64,000 bases of DNA, taken from NCBI GenBank assembly GCA_039738415.1, contig JBCLLY010000005.1, positions 4,306 through 68,305 of the forward strand, given 5' to 3'. Position numbers and translations under genes: made by a program. The notes beneath the pieces were generated by a model. It was not told the DNA's origin, did not search any database, and saw nothing but the letters and a program-made list of their open reading frames with translations. Source of the DNA: Candidatus Levyibacteriota bacterium (lineage in GTDB: Bacteria; Patescibacteriota; Microgenomatia; Levybacterales; GWA1-39-11). Shown one piece after another: positions 43,677 through 51,444 of the stretch (its first letter is position 1; each line of letters begins with the position of its first letter).

Positions 43677-43982
43677 TTAATTAAATAGCTTTTTGATAAT
43701 AGATTTTTTAAAAGAGCTGTTTTGTCCGTCAGGATGTTTCTGATTTTCAAACTGGTGTTCGTTAATCTCTATGTTCTCAGTTATAAGTACAGACTCTCCT
43801 ATGTGTTTTGCGTTGAGTTCAAAAAGCTCTTCGTGCAACATGTGAGCATCTAGGTGTTCGTGGAGAACTTTTATAAATTCATTCAGTTCTATATCAACTT
43901 CAGGAATTAGTGCTTCACTAGCATACTCTATTTGTAAATGTAAGTTTTTAGGCTGGTGCATATTATAATGATAACATAGCAT
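43677..43982 (-). CDS. small acidic hypothetical protein
   Basis: 101-aa ORF ending 3 nt upstream of the T4CP-like start. No motif recognised. Confidence 0.4.
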   Translation of the reverse strand: MLCYHYNMHQPKNLHLQIEYASEALIPEVDIELNEFIKVLHEHLDAHMLHEELFELNAKHIGESVLITENIEINEHQFENQKHPDGQNSSFKKSIIKKLFN

Positions 43983-44109
43983 GGGGTATCAAAAACAGCA
44001 AATTAGATTACAAAAAAGTGCGTATTTGCCCAATTCTTTGTTATAATAGTACGAATCACTTGGAGGTGTGCCTCTTCGGCACATCCGCCGTTGAGGCGGA
44101 AGTTGGAAT

Positions 44110-44370
44110 ATGTATTACTTTTATGTTTTACAATTAGAACACAACAAGAAGCTTTATAAAGGATTTACAAACGATCTGAAAAGAAGAATTGCAGAACACC
44201 AGATTGGAAAATCGAAGTATACATCTTTGCAAGGAAAATTTGATCTCATCTTCTACGAAGCTTATAAGGATAAACGGGATGCAAGATCAGCGGAAGTGTA
44301 CTTTAAAAGTGGTCATGGAAGAGAGGTTTTAAAAGGAAAACTGAAAAATTATTTTGGAGGAGTCGCGTAG
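44110..44370 (+). CDS. GIY-YIG nuclease-domain protein
   Basis: MYYFYVLQLEHNKKLYKGFTNDLKRRIAEH... has the GIY...YxG...R...H pattern of stand-alone GIY-YIG (UPF0213-like) proteins. Its last 15 nt overlap tRNA-Ser. Confidence 0.72.
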   Translation: MYYFYVLQLEHNKKLYKGFTNDLKRRIAEHQIGKSKYTSLQGKFDLIFYEAYKDKRDARSAEVYFKSGHGREVLKGKLKNYFGGVA

Positions 44371-44441
44371 TGGCCAATCGCGGGAGTTTGCTAAATTCCT
44401 GAGTCGTAAGGCTCACGTGGGTTCGAATCCCACCTCCTCCG
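44356..44441 (+). tRNA. tRNA-Ser, anticodon GCU
   Basis: Acceptor GGAGGAG/CTCCTCC plus G. Anticodon arm GGAGT-TTGCTAA-ATTCC. Long variable arm TGAGTCGTAAGGCTCAC. T arm GTGGG-TTCGAAT-CCCAC. Confidence 0.9.
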
Positions 44442-44443
44442 CA

Positions 44444-44480
44444 TTTAATTATTTAACTCCTTGTGAGTTAAATAATTAAA
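44444..44480 (+). terminator. perfect 16-bp AT-rich hairpin after tRNA-Ser
   Basis: tttaattatttaactc, loop cttgt, gagttaaataattaaa. There is no clear U tract, so terminator function is tentative. Confidence 0.35.
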
Positions 44481-44547
44481 TATGAATAGAAAAGGATGAG
44501 AAGTAAGGCACATGCAGAGCATGTGACAATCCCGAGCATTCTCGGGA

Positions 44548-44668
44548 AATCCCACCTCCTCCGCCGAAGCTAAAGCTTCTCTGGACTACGGACGCTTGCG
44601 CCAAAGCTTCAGCGTCGGAGCACGGACGCAGTCCGCTTTAAAATTAAAGCTTTAGCGAAGGAGGATTA
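44548..44668 (+). repeat. GC-rich palindromic element, copy A, headed by a 17-nt duplicate of the tRNA-Ser(GCU) 3' end
   Basis: aatcccacctcctccgc at 44548-44564 is identical to 44426-44442. It is followed by ccgaagctaaagcttc...ctacgg...agtccgc...aaagctttagcgaaggagg, which is shared with 52253-52346. Confidence 0.8.
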
Positions 44669-44673
44669 GAACA

Positions 44674-44916
44674 ATGTATTACGTCTACATTTTATCGTGT
44701 GTTGATAATAAACCTTATACGGGTTGTACAGACGATTGGGAAAGTAGATTGATAAGACATCAGAAAGGATACGTTCCTGCAACTAAGGATCGATTACCTG
44801 TTCGGTTAGTTTCATACATTGCTTTTTCTAACAAATACACTGCTTTTAATTTTGAAAAGTATCTTAAGTCAGGATCAGGACGAGCTTTTATTAGGAAGCA
44901 TAAACTTGTAGAATAG
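44674..44916 (+). CDS. GIY-YIG nuclease-domain protein (second copy)
   Basis: MYYVYILSCVDNKPYTGCTDDWESRLIRHQKG... is GIY-YIG type. The SD AAGGAGG (44657-44663) is supplied by the upstream repeat element. Confidence 0.72.
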   Translation: MYYVYILSCVDNKPYTGCTDDWESRLIRHQKGYVPATKDRLPVRLVSYIAFSNKYTAFNFEKYLKSGSGRAFIRKHKLVE

Positions 44917-44935
44917 TTGGTGTTAAGTATGACTT

Positions 44936-45439
44936 ATGAAAAAGATTAAAATTTTGTTACATGAAGATTACCTCCGCTCGCTTATGTTTGGTCTTCAAGA
45001 TGGAATTGTCTCAACGACGGGTGTGGTTGTTGGAATCTCTATAGGTATAGATAATAAAGCTGTAATTGTGTTGGCAGCTTTGGTTGCTGTTATGGTTGAG
45101 GCTTCATCTATGGCAGCGGGACAATACTCAAGTGAAAAAGCTGTTCATCAAATGGATAAAAGCGGTAAACACACAGACAATCTTTACATAGGCGCATTGA
45201 TCATGTTTTTCGCATATTTATTTGGAGGAATGTTCTCTGTTGTTCCAACGATTATTCTGGATCAGCCGGTTGCACGGTATGTGGCGATTATATCAGCCTT
45301 TGTCGGACTATTTGTAATAGGTTATCTCAAGGGCCAAATAGTAGAACATAAGCCATGGAGAAGTGCTATAGAGTTGTTTGTAATTGGAGCTATAGCCACA
45401 ATAGTAGGTATAATTGTGGGGCATTTCTTGAAGGTTTAA
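44936..45439 (+). CDS. VIT1/CCC1-family iron/manganese transporter
   Basis: LRSLMFGLQDGIVSTTGVVVGISIG and AAGQYSSEKA, with 4-5 TM helices, as in VIT-family proteins. Confidence 0.72.
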   Translation: MKKIKILLHEDYLRSLMFGLQDGIVSTTGVVVGISIGIDNKAVIVLAALVAVMVEASSMAAGQYSSEKAVHQMDKSGKHTDNLYIGALIMFFAYLFGGMFSVVPTIILDQPVARYVAIISAFVGLFVIGYLKGQIVEHKPWRSAIELFVIGAIATIVGIIVGHFLKV

Positions 45440-45504
45440 AGTTCTTCTTCGAGCAGATTTTCATAAATTTTGGTATACTCAGTAGGTTCAAATAATTGAC
45501 ACTT

Positions 45505-45588
45505 GGAGGGGTCGCATAGTTGGTCTAGTGCAATGGTCTTGAAAACCATCATCCGAAAGGATCGCGAGTTCGAATCTCGCCCCCTCCG
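45505..45588 (+). tRNA. tRNA-Ser, anticodon UGA
   Basis: Acceptor GGAGGGG/CCCCTCC plus G. Anticodon arm ATGGT-CTTGAAA-ACCAT. Long variable arm. T arm GCGAG-TTCGAAT-CTCGC. An extended -10-like TGGTATACT lies at 45471-45479. Confidence 0.9.
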
Positions 45589-45665
45589 CCTTCGCCAGTA
45601 GTAGCTGGCTTCGGCGGATACAATCCGCAAAGACAGCGAAGGCTGGATTCGCCCGCCGAATGCGA
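45581..45665 (+). repeat. GC-rich palindromic element, copy B, continuous with the tRNA-Ser(UGA) 3' end
   Basis: ccccctccgccttcgcc...ggcttcggcggatacaatccgca...gcgaagg. The outer stem pairs ccttcgc with gcgaagg, with two inner hairpins. Related to copies A and C. Confidence 0.7.
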
Positions 45666-45729
45666 ATTACGTTCAACGCTGCTGGAACGCTTAATGTCTT
45701 TGAAATTATTTCAGAATTTTACAGAGAAA

Positions 45730-46266
45730 TTAATTAATAACCTTATATTTCAATAGAAGAGTTCCTTTTTCGTTTAGTCTTTCGCTAGAAATTAATTCTA
45801 ACGAAAATTCAACTACCTCATCTCCAACTATCCCATTTCCACTTCCTAAAATTTTTGGTTCTAAGGTCTGCCAGAGTTCAGTCACGAGTCCCTGTTTGAA
45901 AAACTTTGTATTTGTATTTGCTCCACCGACGAGAAGCCCTTCCGTAAAACCCCTATCTTCAAGTCTTTTAATTAAATCAGTAGGATTTTCATTTGTAAAT
46001 TCCAGTTTGTTTGGGACAGCGTCTCCTGAATACTTCTCAGGAGTTCTTGTGATAACAACTCTCAGTCGCCCATCTCGGTGTTGCATCAAATGTCTAGAAG
46101 TTTCATATGTTGTAGATCCCATTATGATAAGTTTTGCTTTATTTATTATTTCATTGAAAAAAAATTCCTGATCTTCCTTCGATGCCCACGTGACATAATG
46201 GTTGATCTCACTTCCGTGAGTTGTTTTTCCGTCAATGGACGTGACAATGACTAGTGTTACTTTCAT
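45730..46266 (-). CDS. RibD C-terminal domain / dihydrofolate-reductase-like protein
   Basis: MKVTLVIVTSIDGKTTHG...LIIMGSTTYE...LLVGGANT matches the RibD_C/DHFR-like fold pattern. The start was trimmed to ATG 46266. Confidence 0.68.
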   Translation of the reverse strand: MKVTLVIVTSIDGKTTHGSEINHYVTWASKEDQEFFFNEIINKAKLIIMGSTTYETSRHLMQHRDGRLRVVITRTPEKYSGDAVPNKLEFTNENPTDLIKRLEDRGFTEGLLVGGANTNTKFFKQGLVTELWQTLEPKILGSGNGIVGDEVVEFSLELISSERLNEKGTLLLKYKVIN

Positions 46267-46328
46267 ACAGTATTTTAACAGAAATTTTGTAATTGACGGC
46301 ACATTACACTTACTGCTAATCTTATTGT

Positions 46329-46880
46329 ATGAAAAAGGTAGCAAGAATTTTACTGATTGCGAATTTTTTAAACATTTTCGGGTATTTTTTATTCGCTCCT
46401 TTATACGCTATTTTTACTCAGAAAATTGATTCGAATCTATTTATAATTGCCAGTACTTATGGAATCTACGCTTTTGTAACCGGTGTTTCGTTACTGTTTT
46501 TTGGTAAAATCGAAGATTCTATACGCAATAAAAAAAGATTGGTTGTTGTTGGATACCTCATTCTCGCTTTTGGAGCATTTTCTTTTATTTTTGTAACAAC
46601 AATTTCTCAATTAATCATTGTTCAAATTGTAAATGCGATAGGCACAGGAATAGTGACCCCTATATGGAAAGCGCTTTATTCTCAGTATCAAGATAAGGGA
46701 AAAGAAGCGAGAGAGTGGTCTTTCTATGATGGGGGAAACGCAATTATTATTGGAATAGCATCCATAGTTGGAGGGTTTATTGTGAGTAGATACGGATTTC
46801 CTAGCGTGATATTTACAATGGGAGTGATGCAATTATTATCTGCTTTTATTTCTATAAGGTTATTAAAGCTTGCAAAATAA
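46329..46880 (+). CDS. half-size MFS-like membrane protein (possibly truncated)
   Basis: 183 aa with about 6 TM helices and an MFS motif-A-like loop (GKIEDSIRNKKRL). No second six-helix half follows. Confidence 0.45.
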   Translation: MKKVARILLIANFLNIFGYFLFAPLYAIFTQKIDSNLFIIASTYGIYAFVTGVSLLFFGKIEDSIRNKKRLVVVGYLILAFGAFSFIFVTTISQLIIVQIVNAIGTGIVTPIWKALYSQYQDKGKEAREWSFYDGGNAIIIGIASIVGGFIVSRYGFPSVIFTMGVMQLLSAFISIRLLKLAK

Positions 46881-46983
46881 ACTTCTCGCTTTAACCGCAT
46901 GTAAGACTAGTCACCATAACAAGAATTAATTTCATAAATAAATTTTAACACAAGTTTGAAAAAGTCTATTGTGAGAGCTATAA

Positions 46984-47490
46984 TTGTTCATTATGAGCTC
47001 GCCAGAATTTGATTTAGGATTACAACTAGAAGAGAAAGACCTAGGGCCCTTTGGGTTCTTAGACATTGGATATGGTGAAGTTAAAAAGACATTTTTGCTA
47101 GCAAATGCGGATAGAGATTATAGCGTTGGATGTGTGCTTCTTGACGATGATAAATCCATAGTCGCGTGTTATGAGAATCCCAAGCTTGATGAGGATCCTC
47201 TACAGGGATTAAGCGTAGTGGGTGGTTTTACTTGGGAAGAAGGACTTCTTATGGTAGGACATTTACTTCAGGGGTGGATTAATAAAGCTCAAATGAAACA
47301 TAGTCCCTTTCTCACTTCTTCTCTTGCGACAAAATTTAATCCCCATGTGACAGAACCGAATGCATTTATACACCTAAATGGACAAAGACTTAGTGGTATA
47401 GATAATCAGACTTCTCAGATGAAGATGAGTAGACTTAGAAGGTCAGGATTTTACGTTCCTACAGAAACGATTATAGAACTAGCGGAATAA
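46984..47490 (+). CDS. hypothetical protein
   Basis: 168-aa ORF with no recognised motif. Convergent with the methyltransferase gene. Confidence 0.4.
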   Translation: MFIMSSPEFDLGLQLEEKDLGPFGFLDIGYGEVKKTFLLANADRDYSVGCVLLDDDKSIVACYENPKLDEDPLQGLSVVGGFTWEEGLLMVGHLLQGWINKAQMKHSPFLTSSLATKFNPHVTEPNAFIHLNGQRLSGIDNQTSQMKMSRLRRSGFYVPTETIIELAE

Positions 47491-47491
47491 T

Positions 47492-48229
47492 CTACGCCTT
47501 TTTAGCAATGATGATGATGTTTGAATAACCGAATAATGGTATTGTTGCGTTGTCTGCGAAGGTTACGATATCAGATATAAAGAATTTAAAAAAACGAATA
47601 AGCTTTCCTGCAATTGGATTTACGAATAAAAAATTTCTTAATATCCCTTCCGTCTTTTGAATTTCAATAATTTCAAATCCAGATTTGTTAACCATTTTTT
47701 CTATCTTCTCTAATGAATAACGCCTCAAGTGCCCCACTTCCTCATCGAATTTTTTGGTAATTCCGAGTCTGTGAAGAGGTGCAGTATTAGAGGGCGTTGA
47801 TAGAACCATTATGCCTTTTGTCTCCAACATATTATGGATTGCTTTTAATGCCTTTTTATCATCTTCCAAATGCTCTATAACTTCTGTAAATATTACGACA
47901 TCAAATTTTTTGCTTGCTAATTTACTATGAAAATCCAACTGTTTAAAATCCACATTTTTTAGTCCCAGTTCTTTTTTGCTAGCAATACAAGCCTTAACGG
48001 CTTTTGAAGAAATATCAATTCCTAAAACATTGTTCCCCTTACTTGCAAGATAAAATGACAGAGTTCCTGCGCCGCATCCGATATCTAAGATTTTATTATT
48101 TGATTTTTTGAGATACCGATTAATTACAGAAATTAGTAGTCTATATGTAAAATTATTATCTTTAATAATCTTTCTTTGCAATTTTGTATTAGAATGATAC
48201 TTTTCGTGCAGTTTTTTTCTTGTTGACAT
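47492..48229 (-). CDS. class I SAM-dependent methyltransferase
   Basis: Motif I ILDIGCGAGTLSFYLA, followed by VLGIDIS and DVVIFTEVIEHL. Confidence 0.8.
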   Translation of the reverse strand: MSTRKKLHEKYHSNTKLQRKIIKDNNFTYRLLISVINRYLKKSNNKILDIGCGAGTLSFYLASKGNNVLGIDISSKAVKACIASKKELGLKNVDFKQLDFHSKLASKKFDVVIFTEVIEHLEDDKKALKAIHNMLETKGIMVLSTPSNTAPLHRLGITKKFDEEVGHLRRYSLEKIEKMVNKSGFEIIEIQKTEGILRNFLFVNPIAGKLIRFFKFFISDIVTFADNATIPLFGYSNIIIIAKKA

Positions 48230-48285
48230 ATATTAGTATATGTTGATTATATAAGAAAAGAAATTATTGTTTATTTTTCTGTCCA

Positions 48286-48750
48286 ATGAAGAAAATATTA
48301 TACTCTTTTGTTATTTTTTTGTTTCTTTTTCTTCTACCTATCCCCTCATACGCACAAGATATTACATCTGATTGGTTTACGACGACTTCTCTTCCATATG
48401 CAATTTCAAGTCATACCTCTTTTTCTGCAGGAGAAAAAGTGTCAGTTGTGGGAGGTTCCGCAGTTACTGGTCAGAGTAAGTTTGATGTTAAAACATCAGC
48501 GCCTTCTTCAGGCGGAAGTTTGGGAAGCTGGAATACTACATTATATGTTCCAAATGCGCTAATTTGGCACACTACCACACTAAAAGATAATTATGTATAC
48601 GTGCTTGGTGGTAGAGAGGAAAATCCTGGATCTGGCGGAGGCCCGAATTTGACGCGTGGTTCGCAATTTACTCGTGATCCAGTAGATGACATTGGATTAT
48701 ATCGTGGTACCTCAGAAATAATTGATAAGTTACAAAAGAAATTCTTTTAA
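48286..48750 (+). CDS. secreted hypothetical protein (Kelch-like fragment?)
   Basis: Signal peptide (…PSYAQD) and a Kelch-like NYVYVLGG motif. The short length suggests a fragment. Confidence 0.4.
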   Translation: MKKILYSFVIFLFLFLLPIPSYAQDITSDWFTTTSLPYAISSHTSFSAGEKVSVVGGSAVTGQSKFDVKTSAPSSGGSLGSWNTTLYVPNALIWHTTTLKDNYVYVLGGREENPGSGGGPNLTRGSQFTRDPVDDIGLYRGTSEIIDKLQKKFF

Positions 48751-48757
48751 TAAGCAC

Positions 48758-50377
48758 CTACTTAACTTCAAATGCCTTGTAGGCATTTGTGCCATCGGAT
48801 CTTTTAATAATTACTTCCGTTTTAAATCCAAAATCTTGGCAATTGCCATCTATTATAACCAATGAATCGGAAGGAACACTTAGCTCTTTTGTTTTAATCA
48901 AAGAATTAATGCATAAATTATTGATAAAATTTATTGTATGCAATTGTCCTCCAAATTTTATTTTTCTGATTTGATCTTTCTCCAATATATCAAAATTATG
49001 GGTGTAAAATAGATAGTACACGGGAAGGTCATCAGCTGAAGGCATGTATATATGTTTGTATTTATTTTTATTTTCAATAACAAAATTTACTAAAGCTTTA
49101 TTGCCTTCATTTCTATATACTGGATAAAAAGTTCTTTCATGTATTGAATACATATGCCAGAAGTAAATAAACTCAAGTGATATTAAAATACAGAAGGCTA
49201 CAATTAATAGTTTTTTTAATTTAAATATTTTTACTTTACTATACAAGGCAATTGCTCCAAAACTCCCTAAAATGACTAATGGAGGTATCATCATTGAAGC
49301 CCTAGATAAATTAGGAGAGTCTTCATAAGTAAAAGCTGCCGGTATCACAGCTATTGCAAGAATATAAAATATTATCCATGCATTTTTATCTTTATTAGGA
49401 TAAGAAAGGAATAGTGCTAAAGCGGCGATTAACAATGGAATGAATAAATAGAATAATGGTCCCTGTTCTGGAGAAACATATCTGGTAGGTAATCCTTTGT
49501 TATTAAATAGAAAGCTAGGTGAGAAGTAGGATAGGTATTGGTTAATAAAATCCCGACCGTAAACGACGATTTTATTATGAAAAATTCTAGCGGTAAGTAT
49601 GTTGTTATTCCCTTCTCCCGCTTTCAAAAATTCAATTGTATTAAGTGGAACGGTATTGTTATAGAAAGCAACTTGATTTAATCTGCCAGAACCTTGTTTT
49701 GTTAAAATAGTTCCTAATGTTATTAGGATAACAACCATTAGTACAACCAAGGCGATTGTCTTTGTTTTACCTTTGTTGGCTATCAAAAATAGAGGCAAGA
49801 TAAGAATTGGTAAGATAATTCTAAAAGAATGGTAAAATAGATAGGTTGTAAACCCAGCAATTAAAGATCCCAATATATATTTAAGCTTTCCATTTTTAGC
49901 AAATAAAAGCATAAAATAAATAGATATTAATAAGATAAAATTACCTACTACCGCTTCTGAGGTAGTTCGGGATAAAATTATGTGCCATGGTAGAAGGGCA
50001 ATAAGTAGAGATGATAATAGAGCCATGCTGTTTTGTTTAAAAAGTAGTCTTGTAACAAAAAACATGGGAAAAACAGTTAATGCCCCAATTAAAGCTGAAG
50101 GAAATCTAATGGCAAATTCATTTACACCAAATATAAAAGTAGATAATCCAGACAAAAGAAAAATTCCAATTGGTCTAAAATCTCCAAATTTGTCTATGTA
50201 AAAAGGAAGGTTATTTCCATAAATATCTTGACCATGGAGAAATATATATCTTCCAACATAACCCGCAAATAGTTCATCAGTATGAAGGCTAAAAGGAAGG
50301 GAGTTCAGGTTAATTGTTCTTATTAGTAGCGATAAAAAGAAAATTCCAAATAAAATAAATAGAATCTTTTTTTCCAT
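48758..50377 (-). CDS. GT-C fold glycosyltransferase (family 39 / ArnT-PMT-like)
   Basis: 539 aa with more than 10 TM helices and a first-loop DE motif (LHTDELFAGYVGRY), as in ArnT/PMT_2 enzymes. Confidence 0.68.
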   Translation of the reverse strand: MEKKILFILFGIFFLSLLIRTINLNSLPFSLHTDELFAGYVGRYIFLHGQDIYGNNLPFYIDKFGDFRPIGIFLLSGLSTFIFGVNEFAIRFPSALIGALTVFPMFFVTRLLFKQNSMALLSSLLIALLPWHIILSRTTSEAVVGNFILLISIYFMLLFAKNGKLKYILGSLIAGFTTYLFYHSFRIILPILILPLFLIANKGKTKTIALVVLMVVILITLGTILTKQGSGRLNQVAFYNNTVPLNTIEFLKAGEGNNNILTARIFHNKIVVYGRDFINQYLSYFSPSFLFNNKGLPTRYVSPEQGPLFYLFIPLLIAALALFLSYPNKDKNAWIIFYILAIAVIPAAFTYEDSPNLSRASMMIPPLVILGSFGAIALYSKVKIFKLKKLLIVAFCILISLEFIYFWHMYSIHERTFYPVYRNEGNKALVNFVIENKNKYKHIYMPSADDLPVYYLFYTHNFDILEKDQIRKIKFGGQLHTINFINNLCINSLIKTKELSVPSDSLVIIDGNCQDFGFKTEVIIKRSDGTNAYKAFEVK

Positions 50378-50573
50378 AATATAAGACTAACATATATGGC
50401 AAAATTTACAATGTTTTTTATGAAGCCCGATTCCTATTTTGAGAATTGACAACTTATTCAAGAAGAATTAAAGTTAGTTAGGTGTTTTAGTAGTAAATGA
50501 AGCTAAAAACAGAGTATGCCTAAGATATTCCTGCATTTCCAAGGCATAAATTTCTACTTTTATAAACTCTCCA

Positions 50574-50774
50574 TTGATTTCAGAATTTAAACATCTTCTA
50601 AGTAAAGCAAAAGTTGCAAAAGGGCTTAGTGGTAATATTTGGACTAAAAAAGCCTCTGTTAATATTCTTAAAGCTATGCTTAAGGAACTAAAAGCCCAAA
50701 GGGGGAAAAAGATTAGTGAGTATGCTTACAATATTCTCACAAACGACATAAGAGTTTTAATTTCCCAACTCTAG
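50574..50774 (+). CDS. small hypothetical protein (doubtful)
   Basis: 66-aa ORF with a TTG start, no SD and no recognised motif. Confidence 0.2.
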   Translation: MISEFKHLLSKAKVAKGLSGNIWTKKASVNILKAMLKELKAQRGKKISEYAYNILTNDIRVLISQL

Positions 50775-50808
50775 CTATCCCTACATAGCAGTTTTTCATT
50801 TGGATTTC

Positions 50809-50839
50809 TTGACAAATGTATTATATATCGATATATAAT
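50809..50839 (+). promoter_or_regulatory. candidate promoter overlapped by an 18-nt perfect palindrome
   Basis: TTGACA at 50809-50814. The -10 candidates are TATATA (50832-50837, 17-nt spacer) or TATAAT (50834-50839). The palindrome ttatatatcgatatataa occupies 50821-50838. The ATG is at 50847. Confidence 0.45.
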
Positions 50840-50846
50840 TCTAGAT

Positions 50847-51236
50847 ATGCCGCATATTTCCAAAAACAGATTAAAACCATTTGAGGAAGAAAAGTTAAAA
50901 GCAACTTTGAAAATAATTCTTGCAAAAATCAATAATAAGAAAGACATGGATAATTTTCTAAAATTTCTACTTTCTGATACCGAACAGATTATGTTTTCAA
51001 AAAGAATTGCAATTGCGGTTCTTCTCAAAGATGGTCTTTCTGAAGTAGAAATTGGTGATAAGCTTGGAGTTACAAGAGAAACAGTGAATAGAATAAACCT
51101 TTTAATGCAGATTCGTGGAAACGGTTTCGAAACTGCCATTAGTAAGCTTGAGCAGGAAAAGATGCTCAATGAGTTTAAAAAGTTCTTGTCTTCCCTTGCC
51201 AAGTACTCTGTTAGAGCAGCTTCGGGTCGCATATAG
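50847..51236 (+). CDS. TrpR/YerC/YecD-like helix-turn-helix protein
   Basis: SKRIAIAVLLKDGLSEVEIGDKLGVTRETVNRINLL resembles the TrpR-related YerC/YecD HTH. Preferred over the antisense ORF 50771-51232. Confidence 0.6.
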   Translation: MPHISKNRLKPFEEEKLKATLKIILAKINNKKDMDNFLKFLLSDTEQIMFSKRIAIAVLLKDGLSEVEIGDKLGVTRETVNRINLLMQIRGNGFETAISKLEQEKMLNEFKKFLSSLAKYSVRAASGRI

Positions 51237-51290
51237 GTTAGTTAATCAGTCAATGCTTCAAATCCCGTTCATTTTTACAGAGTGTTTATT

Positions 51291-51326
51291 CTTTATGTAT
51301 GATATATCGATATATCATACATAAAG
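51291..51326. repeat. perfect 36-nt palindrome sharing its core with the upstream operator-like palindrome
   Basis: ctttatgtatgatatatcgatatatcatacataaag is its own reverse complement. Its core atatatcgatatat is also present at 50823-50836. Confidence 0.9.
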
Positions 51327-51444
51327 GTGGATTTTTTAGATATAGATAAGAAAAATATTGTTGTCCTCAGAATCGATCACAGAAGAGAAATTTATAAGAA
51401 ATAACTCCTTGTTCTCTGAATAATTTTACTGATAAGATGTTTAT

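Noticed and set aside
45436-45676. Two minus-strand ORFs (64 and 62 aa)
   Set aside because: They are translations of tRNA-Ser(UGA) and the GC-rich repeat.
50771-51232. 153-aa minus-strand ORF
   Set aside because: It is antisense to the TrpR/YerC-like gene. That gene has a recognisable HTH and a promoter with an operator-like palindrome, whereas the antisense product is low-complexity.
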